A stretch of 53,328 bases of DNA, counting the filler, from Sphacelaria rigidula (taxonomy: Eukaryota), in the NCBI GenBank assembly GCA_964200075.2. It is 4 parts of 4 records of this genome, joined end to end, with 100 filler letters (N's around TTAATTAATTAA, not from the genome) between each part and the next. Parts side by side here need not be neighbours in the genome. Positions count along the whole stretch, not along the records: positions 40,075 to 53,328 come from CAXNAA020003023.1; 3 more parts are not named here. One strand, given 5' to 3'. Made by a program: the position numbers and the translations under genes. Shown piece by piece: positions 40,350 to 50,766 of this stretch. The notes under the pieces are model-generated. The model ran no database searches. It was not told where the DNA came from and saw only the letters and a list, made by a program, of their open reading frames with translations. The stretch's first letter is position 1, and each line of letters begins with the position of its first letter.

Positions 40350-41190
40350 TTTATAGCGTAAAGAACATGCAGAGAAAAAGATTGCCAGCAATAGTTGACA
40401 GGGCTGTATGGAAGAAAAGTACGAAAGGGCATGCTATAAGACGAGATAGAGAAGTCGAGAAAGTATGGAAGGAGATGAGGGGAAACCACGACAAGATATT
40501 GTCCATAAGTGAAGGAGCGGGGTACGAGACAAAAGTAAGAGACATGGTAGAAATAAGGGGAAAGGGAGCGCTCAGACGCAAGGTAGACGAGGAAGAACAC
40601 CTGAATATATACGGGGGGTTGAGGGAGGGGATCGGAATGAAAACATATCTGCATGGCCCCATGGACGCGGCGAACAAATTGAAACTGCGATTTCGGGTGG
40701 GGGACCTGGACCTGCCAGAAAAAAGAAAGAGATATACCAGTCGTCGAAAGGAGAAAGAAGTAGATGGACAGAACTGCCTCTGTGGCGAAGGAATAGGGAG
40801 TAGAAGTCATAATATGATTATATTATAGTGGTTGGATGTGAACTATACAAGGAGAAACGGGACGTGCTAGAGGGGGAAATGCGGGACGTGAACGAAGGTG
40901 GTATGGAATCGTTTGATGCATTAGACAGTAGCGAGAAAACGATGGTTATACTAGGAGATAGATGGCGGCCACAGACGGCGAAACAGGATGAGGATAAGAT
41001 ATGTAAAACGCTTTTGTGAAATTTATGGACGAAACGTAATGAGCCATGAAAGAAATGTAATGAGAGCCGGAATGTTGGAGGTTTTTTCTCTTAGGAGTAA
41101 GACCGGTCCTCCGTTTCGAAAGGAATGCGTGGTCAATGGTCAAACAACTAAGGCAGGCAACAAATGAGTACGCCCCCCCCTCCCCCTCGC
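40350..41190 (+). mobile_element. 5'-truncated LINE: ORF2 C-terminus with Cys/His knuckle and 3' tail
   Basis: EEHLNIYGGLREGIGMKTYLHGPMDAANKLKLRFRVGDLDL...CLCGEGIGSRSH.[frameshift]..GCELYKEKR fits the C-x-C...H...C motif at the end of non-LTR ORF2 proteins. The same tail occurs on two other pieces of this window. Confidence 0.75.
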
Positions 41191-41597
41191 CCCGCCTGTC
41201 TCGCTTTTCGTTGGGAAGAACGAAATTAGACCAGCGGTTGTAATAGGTGGGGTTTTGCCCTACACAGCAAACCAACCAGCACAAAAATTTGCTCTGTAGT
41301 TGTCGAGACAAGTTATTCTCGCCAGCCGGATTTATGAGCCCTAGCATCTGAGGAATATCATATCTATGCGCGTCATTTTGAAAGCCGGCTTTACGTTTAT
41401 TGTTTGAAACCACTCTCATATTCCGGGAAATTCAGTGTGACAAAATCTGGGCGTCCTTTCCGGTGCGCTTTTGGCTAGAACCATTTTGTTTTACCCGTCG
41501 ATCGTCAGGGCGGTTTGTCTGAGTCTGACCCAATTCTCATGTGAAAATGATCCCCCTCCGAAAGATGATTTTCCCCAGCGATCAAAGGAATAAATAT

Positions 41598-42371
41598 CAG
41601 CCGATCATCGAAAGAGAGCACACGCGGTCATTTGGCTACACCCCAAAATGCCTCCGGAGGGATGCGCGGCGCTCCAGGGGGAAAACAAGCCTCCGGAGGC
41701 CTTCAATCCCTCTGGAGGAAACCAAACTCCACCACCCTGGAGGGCCGCGCACCCCTCCAGAGGAATTGGGGGGTATGCGCGGCCCTTCAGAGGCGAGAAT
41801 AAGCCTCCGGAGGCGTTTAATCCCTCTGGAGGGAATCAAAGAATCTTCTCTGGAGGGCCGCGCACCCCTTCGGAGGCATTTAATTCGTCTGGAGGCTCAC
41901 AATGTCTACCCACTTGGAGGAATTTTGGAGGTAGCCATTTGGCCGTGTGTGAGGATGAAGCTTTTCATCGAGGATGACAACCCAGAGGATTAAAATCTTC
42001 GCATCCACACCAAATTTTCGAGATACGGTGCATTTCCTTCACCTACTGGTAGCTATTGGCAAGTACTACACGTCCTACAAAATTGGATTTCGATAACCGA
42101 AATGTTGGGTCCCTAGATGAAGAAACGATTTTGAGGAATTTAGGGGTTTCGGTCGGACCGCCGGAATTCCCCCAAATCGGTTTTTCATCTAGGACCCCAA
42201 CATTTCGGTTGTCGAAATCCAAATTTGTATGACGTGCAGTCCTTGTCGATAGCCACCAGTAGGTGAAGTAATGGAATCGTGTTTCGAAGAGCCGTATGGA
42301 TACGAAGATTTTAATTATCCAGGTTCTCATCCGCAAGAAAGAGCTCCATTCAACATTCCGATAATCGGTCG
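41598..42371. mobile_element. Second copy of the CAGCCGATCATCG foldback MITE, with an insertion of about 340 bp
   Basis: Starts CAGCCGATCATCGAA. Similarity to 28443-28857 resumes near 41955. Ends CGATAATCGGTCG. Confidence 0.75.
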
Positions 42372-43016
42372 TTGAATACCCATTTCTGGGAGAGGCGTTC
42401 TCTGAGACAGAGAGTTTTCCCTAGAACACGCGCTTTTTCTGCCGATCTTGTCGAGAGAAGCAGAGCGTTGTCGGATAAATCAAAGCTCGGAAAACGTGTT
42501 TTCAAGATGCTCCCGGTTAATCCTTGTGGGCCCCAGTGCGTGTTAGAACTACGTGACTGTAGTACTTTCGGTGTCTTCTTGGGTTCTCCTTCTTAATCGT
42601 GTAATTTCACTCATGGTAAATGTAAGATCCAGGATACTCTGACGAGACTATCGGAGGAAAATGTGGCGGATTAACCGATGGGAAATGGTACTGGTGATTT
42701 CCAGGAATGGTACTGTAGAACGATGGTTCGGATCGATTCTCGGAATGTTCTTGAAAGTGTTCGTTGCTCTCACTTTTGTTCTCGAATGATTCGGATACGA
42801 CGGGGAGTCGTCTTGTGGTATACGGTATGTTTCTGCTGGATGAAGCAGGAGATATTTGCCGTAGCTCGAGAAGGAGTCGACGATGATGCACCTCCGCATC
42901 TCTTGCCCGACCGTGTTCAGTGTGTGTGTGTGCTTGCCTACCTATGTGCGGTCTGATATGAATGAGACAATAAAAGACAACTATACACTTCTGCTTCTCT
43001 GACTTCATCTTCAACA
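42370..43016 (+). mobile_element. Putative 5' LTR of a copia-type element
   Basis: (C)GTTGAA...TTCAACA inverted ends, with the first base not the canonical T. AATAAA at 42969. It lies directly upstream of a gag remnant. No second LTR or clear PBS is seen. Confidence 0.4.
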
Positions 43017-43155
43017 GCGGGCGCTGTGCGAGATTGCCTCCTACATTTTTGGTTGGACAATGAGTGGTCAAGCCATATAACTCTAGACTCTACCAAACAC
43101 GCTGGCGTGTTCCTTGGAACAAGAGTAGGGTAATTACGTCAGATAAGGCTGTATC

Positions 43156-44149
43156 ATGAGCGGGACAGGAGAAGAGCGGAGTGTGGTGGAGGAGCTGGAG
43201 TTCCACCTCAGGCGTTAGTGGTAACACCAGAGGACTACGACAGCTTTCAATAATGGAAAGCGTCTCGAGCTAGGGAGGTTTCTACAGCTGGGGGGACAGA
43301 GCCGCCTCAGCAGGAAGCCCAGGAAGGAACAGTCCCTATAGAGAGTTTGGGGCTGACACAGCACTCACCAGGTCGGCCGGTCTGGGATTGGATCGACTAG
43401 GGGCGGGGGCTGGAGCACCGCCCAGGGGCACAACAGGTACCCATGCCCCTGGCACATCGCTAGGAATGATGTCTGGTCTTAGTTTTCCCAGTTCAAGGGG
43501 TATGCAAGATGTCGATAGCAGTTTGCAAAACCGAGGAAGTACACAATCAGCGTCGTTACTAATGAGTCTGGATTTTAGGACGTTGGAAGCGAAGGATATC
43601 ACGAAGTTCACGAGTAAAAAAACTCATAGATGGACGACTTTTAAGCGTGATGTAGAGCGATATGCGTTCATGTGGGGTTTCGGGGATGGATTGTTCCGCG
43701 ACCCACAGTGTTGTGTTGATCCTCTAAATAAACCGCAGCTGTTAGGGTTGGGTGTCAGTCAGGACGACATCAAGCGAGCTCGCTTTGCGTATATTTTGCT
43801 TCTCAACACTGTCAAGGATCCGGTCGCGAGACATGTCCTTGTGGATTCGCGATCACCGTCCATAGCATGGCGTGCATTGGACGAATAGGTCTTCCCCAAA
43901 ACCTCGGGAGCTAGGATGGATGTCTTAGACGAGTTCAATAATCTGAAGTACACAAGAGGGTAGGATACAGATGAGTCCTGGATCCAACTACAGTCCGTGC
44001 ACTCGCGTTCTGTAACGTTGGGATTGGAGATTCCCCGTGAGATGATGGTGGATAAATTCCTGAATTCCCTCCCCGCTGAATACACTACAATTCGAGACCA
44101 GCTGAGTTTCGAACCATCACTGTTGGCTGACAAGACCCGAGCCGTTGTA
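43156..44149 (+). pseudogene. gag: Ty1/copia-type gag remnant (UBN2 / Retrotran_gag_2-like)
   Basis: ...LLLNTVKDPVARHVLVDSRSPSIAWRALDE*VFPKTSGARMDVLDEFNNLKYTRG*DTDESWIQLQSVHSRSVTLGLEIPREMMVDKFLNSLPAEYTTIRDQL. The AW..L and L.SLP.EY motifs are typical of copia Gag. Has in-frame stops and ends at the left end of the YR element. Confidence 0.75.
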
Positions 44150-44490
44150 AAGGGAAGGTTTGTTCAGAAAGAAGCAAACCGTCGTTTATTGCAAACATCG
44201 AAGTGGCCAAAGAGGTGTCTATTAGTTCAGCCACTCTTTTAGGGTCACGGAGGAACAGTCAAATAGTCAGCCTCCTTTTTATTATTTCAGTCGCTTTTTG
44301 AGGGTCACGGAGGAACAGTTGAATAGTCAGCCCCACGCGATCACTTTGCCGGAAAGTCCACGGATAGTGAAAACAAGGAAACGCAAATCAGCGTAGGTTG
44401 GAGACACAAAAGGTGGACAGAGAGAGCATAGAAGGAGTTGGGCCAGTTCGACAGGGGCCAACAAGTTTTATCGATTAGGTGCGCCTTTTT
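44148..44490 (+). repeat. Split direct repeat A1
   Basis: 343 bp, about 93% identical by manual count to 52060-52402. Contains an internal tandem of about 59 bp (GGGTCACGGAGGAACAGT..AATAGTCAGCC x2). Confidence 0.93.
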
Positions 44491-44734
44491 TGGGGCTGCG
44501 CAGGGGGGCCAGCTTCCGGGCGTGGCGCGAGGGCATCTACGCGCTTTGAAGAGGCGGAAGGCGGCGGGGCTGTGCAGTGGGCAGCTTCCTGGCGTGGTGC
44601 TATCACATATACCAGTATGTCTGGTCACTGTGGTATATCTGTACGCACTGTGAAACAGGCTGCCAGCTATCGGGAAGCAGCTACTGCCGAAAGTACAATC
44701 GCACGGTTTTCTGGCTCCATCGCAGACATCTGTG

Positions 44735-46470
44735 TATTGCCGTCCAGATCATCCCGAGCTGTCGAGTTGTGCTGGTCCAATCGCACACGTTTGTGCATTG
44801 CCGATTCCGGATCATCCCGGAGCTGTCGAGTTTATTTGAAGTGCAGAAAACCTACTCTCATGTTGAATGTTTTCTGACTCACTCACACACAGGTGTGTGT
44901 TTTGCCGCTCTGGGTCATCCTGGAGTTGTCGAGTTTTATCGAAGTGCAGAAACCCATCGTGCTGAACCAATCTCATCAGGACATCCGAGAGGTTGCCGTC
45001 TGGTCAAATAGCGTGTTGCACATACTTTTCTCGATTTTGTTGCACATACGCTTCGCGACCTGGGCTGCCGAAAATGTTTTCGGGTTGCAGTCAAAAATGA
45101 GTTCCAAACATTGCGGCAGGCTTCTGACTCAATTACACTGTGTGATCGCCGTTTCGATTACCTATCGAAACTGTCGAGTAGTCTTCGAAGGGCAGAAGTC
45201 TACGTAGAGAAATGCCTATGCTGAACGAACCTCTCAGGGAAATTCACAGGAGGTTGCCGTCTGGTCAGTTAGCGTTGCACACGTCAATAATAGCGTGTCT
45301 GCACATACTCTACTTGACCCGGGCTGCCGATTTCGGGTTGCAGCAATACAATGAGCTCAAACACACATTTCGACCGGCTTCTGACTCAATTGCACGTGTG
45401 GTTGCCGTTTCGATTACCTATCGAAGCTGTCGAGTCGTCTTCGAAGTGCAGAAGCCTGTGTAGCGGAAAACAAAATATGCTTAACCATCCTCTCACGGAA
45501 TTTCGTGGGAGGTTGCCGTCTGGTCAGCAGCGTTGCACATATGCACGCTCCTCGACCGGGTCGGGAATTTCCGAGTTGCAGCAAACAAAAAGCCTCAAAA
45601 TTCAGCAGGCTTCTGGCTCGATTGTCACGTGCAATTGCCGTTTCGATTGTATATCGGAACTGTCGAGTCATCTTCGAAGTGCAGAAGTCTGCGGACCAAA
45701 TGCCTATGCTGAACCAACCTCCTACGGAAATCCACGGGAGTTTGCCCTCTGGCCAATTAGCGGATGGTGCAAACACTTCTTCATTCAGAGTGCCGAAATA
45801 CTTCGGGAGGCAGCATATATATATATTTGTATACCAGTTACAACTTTGAATCAATCGCACCCAGAGGTGGTCGCCGTTGCGATTGTAGTGCAACTGTCGA
45901 GTTCTGTTTTTTTCTTACAAGTACAGAAGCCTAAGAACGCCGCTGAATCAACATCATACGATGTTGCCGTTTCATCCCGGCTGTTCGATTACTTACCGGC
46001 GCTGTCAGTCGTCTTCAAAGTGCAGAAACCGGTGTAAAAATATTATGCTCGACCAAATCTCTCACGGAAATCCACGAGAGGTTGCCGGCTGGTCAGTAGC
46101 GGTGCACGTGTGTACGCTCCGTGGCCCCGGCTATCGAAAACTTTTCGAGTTGCAGCAAACAATATGTTCAATGTATATAATATATATATATATATCAGCA
46201 AGTTTTCTGCCTCACCTGCCCTGTGTACTAGCCGTTTCGATTGTATATCGATCCCGCGGGTATCCACGGGGAGTTGACCTCTGGTCAATTAGCGGATGAT
46301 CAAGACGCTTCTTGATCCAGAGTGCCGAAAGACTTCGGGAAGCAGCGAAATAAATATCAGTCGCAACTTTGACTGTCTATGGGAACGGTCGAGAATAATT
46401 TTCTTCGACGTACAAAAGCCTACGTACGCCGCTAAATCAACATCATAGGATGTTGCCGTTTTCATCATGG
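44735..46470. repeat. Degenerate tandem array, period about 235-255 bp
   Basis: Core GCCGTTTCGATT...CTGTCGAGT..TCTTCGAAGTGCAGAA starts at 44904, 45148, 45404, 45637, 45873, about 45980 and 46231, with short versions at 44738 and 44800. Second block GGAGGTTGCCGTCTGGTCA. Confidence 0.85.
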
Positions 46471-47001
46471 ACGCTTGGTGTGTCTGCGATGTAGAGCGTG
46501 TGTGTGATCGTCGGTCAAAATATCGAATCCATCGGCACAAGTGTTCTCTGTTTTATTTATTTATATATATATATATCCCGCGGGGGGGGGGGGGGGGGAT
46601 TGCGGAAAGGGGGTGATGGGAAAAAAGTCCTCGATCCAAAGGGCGGGGNNNNNNNNNGGGGGGGGGGGGGCATGACGGAAATGGCGTGATCGGCAAAAAG
46701 CCATCGATCCAAACGCCGGCGAGCGAAAAACACACACATACAAAAACAACGACACATCTCGACAGCTGATTTCTCCAGCTTGCGATAGGAGTACGAGGCT
46801 TGTCAACGGGTAAGGTTAGCGGGGCTACTGTCCAAACTATACACGAAAGTTTGACGATGCGTTTCCACCTCGGCGTGATGCTCGCATGTGTTCAAAACCC
46901 GAACACCAGTGGCCGCCGCTCGTTGATATTCGTCGCTAAACTTTTGTTTATCCCATATTGGCCCATGTCTGCATGACCGCCTTATTATTTCTCTACACTA
47001 G

Positions 47002-48459
47002 ATGCCTGCGGCGACGAGGTCGTCGACTGGGGGCACTCCACGGGGGCCCGGCCGCGGGGGCGCCCGTACTACACGGCGCACGCCCGGTAGATCGGGGTCG
47101 CCTGGGGGCACTCCACGAGGGCGCGGCCGCGGGGTTGCCCGCACCAACCGGCGCGCGCCCGGTAGATCAGGGTCGGGGCGTGCACCACCCAGGGCGCGGT
47201 CGGCCGCACCTCTACGCGGGGAGAGTCCGCTCACGGCAGCCGAGGCAGCCGCGTTGTGGGCGCGGCTCGAGGAAATTCAAGCCGAGCGCGATGCGGCCGC
47301 GGTGAAACGAGACGAGGTCCGTGACACGGTTCAACAGCTTCAGGCCCTGAAGGCAGACGGCGACGCGGCAGAGCCACCAGCGACGCCGGGGGACCGCCGT
47401 CGCGAGAACGAGGATTTTGACGCTGGCGAAGGACGGCCTGCGGTACACGATTTGACGCAGCCGCGTGTTTCAATCGCGTCGACCTCGCACGTCCAACAGG
47501 CTCGTGCGGAAGAAAGCATAAAAGCGTGGTACAACCCGACAATGATGAAGTTGTGGGTTTTGATCGGGGAGCGTTCGACCGTCAGCGGGTTGAAGACGGC
47601 GGAGATGCAATTGATGTTGCATGCGATCGTCAAAGTCACCCCCGCCGTCATGGAACAACTAAACTCCATGAGTGTTTTTCGCGTGCGGCTGTATGTGGCG
47701 GATAACGACGACCCACGCGTCACCAGCACGTCGCTGTACGAGCACCTGGAGATACTGCTCGAGGTCATCATGACGCTTCTCTCCCTGGGTATTGAGTCGG
47801 ACGACGGGCGCGTCCGTCTGGAGATTCTTCGCGAAGCCATGGAGGAGGGCGCTACGTTGTTGCGGGCACACTGCCGCAAATGGCCCACCAAGATGTTGGA
47901 CCCGGAGGTAAGCGCCATGCTGGAGTCCCTCGTTGATGATTACCTGGGTCGGTGGTCTTCGAGCCTGTTTTCTAGTGACGTCGCATTCCAGCGGCAGCAC
48001 CCAACGACTCCAAATATCGAGGACATGTCTCCGGTGGTGACGCCGCAGTGGACTTTCCTGCGCAACTTTATTGATAGCAGGGGACTTCGGGGCATCCGCA
48101 TTCGCACCTCTTTCCTACTGTCGCCGACCAAGCGTTCCGGAAAAAACCAAATTCATGACCGACACTGCTTCGTGGAGATGAAGGAAGGAGTATGTCGTCG
48201 CCGGAACTGCCCATGGGAGCACAACAAGAAAGCAAACCGTCGATCCAGCAACGGGGGCGACGGTCCTCGAGCTAGCGGCGGGGGAGGCGGCGGCGGTGGC
48301 AATGGCCGCGCCGGTGGCACTGGTCGCGCCGGTGGCGGCGGCTTGGAAACTGGGAGAACCAACAACCGCCCCAGCAACCAGAGCGCCGGGGACGGCACTG
48401 GTGGACGCGGTAATGGCGGTGGGGGCGGGGACGGCGGCGGTGGTGGGGGCCGAAACTAG
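47002..48459 (+). CDS. gag: Gag-like ORF1 of the YR retrotransposon (485 aa)
   Basis: ATG-initiated open frame. Basic Arg/Gly N-terminus with a duplicated GGTPRG.GRG.ART.RR.PGRSGS. Coiled coil LWARLEEIQAERDAAAVKRDEVRDTVQQLQAL. C-x8-C-x4-C-x3-H finger (CFVEMKEGVCRRRNCPWEH) and a Gly-rich tail. Positioned upstream of RT. Confidence 0.8.
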   Translation: MPAATRSSTGGTPRGPGRGGARTTRRTPGRSGSPGGTPRGRGRGVARTNRRAPGRSGSGRAPPRARSAAPLRGESPLTAAEAAALWARLEEIQAERDAAAVKRDEVRDTVQQLQALKADGDAAEPPATPGDRRRENEDFDAGEGRPAVHDLTQPRVSIASTSHVQQARAEESIKAWYNPTMMKLWVLIGERSTVSGLKTAEMQLMLHAIVKVTPAVMEQLNSMSVFRVRLYVADNDDPRVTSTSLYEHLEILLEVIMTLLSLGIESDDGRVRLEILREAMEEGATLLRAHCRKWPTKMLDPEVSAMLESLVDDYLGRWSSSLFSSDVAFQRQHPTTPNIEDMSPVVTPQWTFLRNFIDSRGLRGIRIRTSFLLSPTKRSGKNQIHDRHCFVEMKEGVCRRRNCPWEHNKKANRRSSNGGDGPRASGGGGGGGGNGRAGGTGRAGGGGLETGRTNNRPSNQSAGDGTGGRGNGGGGGDGGGGGGRN

Positions 48460-50766
48460 GGGTGCGGGCCTCGCCTCGAGGCGGGGCCAACCTCGAACCA
48501 GCACGCGGTTTCCGTGGAAGACGAGCAAGCGGGAGGACCGAGGTCGGCGTTGAGCGAGCAACAAGGTGTGGTTGGGGATGTAGAAGAATGTGCGGTAGCG
48601 CTAAAACGGTTAGCGCACTCAGCCGATCCTCAATCAACCTATACAGCACTCCATAATGTAGCAGCAAAAGGCCAACGTTTTTTGGAAGACAAAAGTGGTT
48701 CGTTTAGCAGTATGCTTGAAACTCTGACTGTATTGCCCGTTCCCCGCGTTGATGTATCTCTGATTCGGCGTTGGTTTGGCGAAGTGAAAGAGTTTCCCGA
48801 CATAGATCTGTTGGTGCAGATTGTCAGTATCGGGGCACCGGTTGCGGTATGTGGGCGGGTAGATTTGATTGCGGCGCTCCGATATGGAAACCATAGTTCT
48901 GTCAGACCATAATCTTCGGAAATTTTGGCAAAAATTGTCGAGGATGTGTTACTTGGAAGAGCATTTGTTTTTCTACGTCACGCAGCTGCTGCTATTCCAG
49001 GTATTCGCGTATCATCTATGACGATCGCTGCCTCCCCGCCAAAGGTTCGCATTTGTCATGATTTGTCTAACGCTGTGTCTGGAAACAGTGTAAATGAAGA
49101 TACAGATACATCGGTGGTACCGGAGTGTAAAATAGGACATGTGTTCCGCAATGTGGCGTGGCGAATTTTGTACCTTTACGGAAAATTTGTTGCTAATGTT
49201 GAACACCCCCCCCCGAATTCTGCTGGCCAAAATGGATAGCAAGAGTGCGTTCCGTCAAATTCAAGTCGATGTGGATAAGGCGCCCACGTTTGGGTACGTG
49301 TTCGAGGAATTTGTAATAATAGACCGGTGTCTTAAGTTTGGATGGACTAGTTCGCCCGCGTTGTGGGAGGTGGGCGCGGCAGCTGTCCAGCACGCGCACA
49401 ACAACACGACTTTCCAAAACGCAGAAGTTACAGAGGAAGGCCGTGCAGCCGCTAGAAATGTACGCGTAGAGTCTCCTCGAACAGAAGAGGTGTGCGCCGA
49501 GTTGCCACGAGATTATGTTTATCCCCGGGTGTGCGCGGGGGGCTGCGCGACAAGTTTTGGGTGGAGATGTTTGTGGATGGCGCGCTGTTCGTGGAGGCGG
49601 AGAGTTTCTTGACAGGCAGACGGTGTCTTCGCGCTACCCGGTCCTTTGCTTCTGACAGTTTTCGTTTGTTTGGTGGTCGTCGGGAACCTGGAATGCCTCC
49701 GTTGTTTGCGCGCGAAAAAACGACGTCGTGGGACACTCGCATGGAAATGTTGGGATGGACGATTGACACAGTAGCGATGACCATTTCCGTCCCACAGCGC
49801 AAGATTGAGAATCTGCGGGGCATTTTAGACCAATGGCCAGTAGACAGGAAGGAAGCGTCGGTTAAGGAAGTGCGATCGTTGGTGGGAAAGCTTCTGCACT
49901 TGTGTGTCATGAGACCGGGAAAGTTTTTCGTGCGGCGTATTCTAAATCAACTAGGCCTAGCGCCATTCACGGCAGGCGAAGCGGCGGACAAAGGATTCGT
50001 AGCAAGGCGCGCACAGCGCCGGGGATGCGTTCGGCTGGGTCCATAATTCCATGATGACCTGGCTTTTTGGAGGTTGATTTTGGATATGGCTACAGGGGTA
50101 GACGGTGTGACTCGGTTAGAAGCACCTCTGTCGTGCTGTTTTCTGCAGCTCCCAAGCTTGAAAATCATTAGCGATGCCAGCGGGGATGTCATGGGAGGAT
50201 ACTGTTTGGAAACCGGAAAATGGTGGAGGATAGATTTCATTCCGGATGTACGTGCACGCCTCCGTACCCGTGTGCTTTCTAGAGACGATTTGTCGATGAA
50301 CGTTTTCGAGCTGCTGGCTTTGGTAGTGACGGCGTGGGCGTTGACTGTGCATGCTGGGGAACGACCGGAGTACCCCGGGCAGAGTATCTTGATGCGAGGG
50401 GACAGCATGAGCGCTGTTCACTGGGTAAACAAATGTAGGGGGGCGAAAGAGCCATGGTCGGGTGCGCTCATGCGAATGATGGGCGTGTTGGAAATGCGAA
50501 ACGGGTGGCGATTCCGTGCGAAACACATCAAAGGGGTAGCAAATACTCTTGCCGATGGTATCTCGAGGTGGGACCGTGCTGACATTGCTCGTAACTTGCA
50601 CTCTTTTCGGCCCGACATTTGTTGGCAGGAGCAGCGGCTCGGGCAAGAAGCTCTGGACCTTACTTTCGCGGTCTTAGTGTCGAGCTCGTCGGAAAGTCAA
50701 TTGCGGCTTCGTCTAAACGAAATTACGAGGCGGGTTTCCGGTCTTGGTGTCTCTTTCGCGTGTTGA
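48460..50766 (+). pseudogene. pol: Disrupted reverse transcriptase / RNase H (DIRS-type pol)
   Basis: RT motifs: YGNHSS, KVRICHDLS, AKMDSKSAFRQIQV, DRCLKFGWTSSP, FVDG (at the Y/F-x-D-D position), MLGWTIDT, VRSLVGKL. RNase H motifs: IISDAS, NVFELLAL, RGDSMSAV, HIKGVANTLADGISR. Lesions: TAA 48910, frameshift in poly-C near 49210, frameshift near 49540, TAA 50044. Confidence 0.92.

Noticed and set aside
45351-46037. 228-aa ORF within the tandem array
   Set aside because: The reading frame is not preserved between repeat units and there is no domain signal.
44735-46470. CRISPR array next to an RT/recombinase
   Set aside because: Units are about 240 bp, degenerate and homologous along their length, with no unique spacers and no cas genes. 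The context is eukaryotic.
47340-47918. 192-aa minus-strand ORF and other antisense ORFs over gag, pol and YR
   Set aside because: Antisense shadows of GC-rich coding sequence with no motifs.
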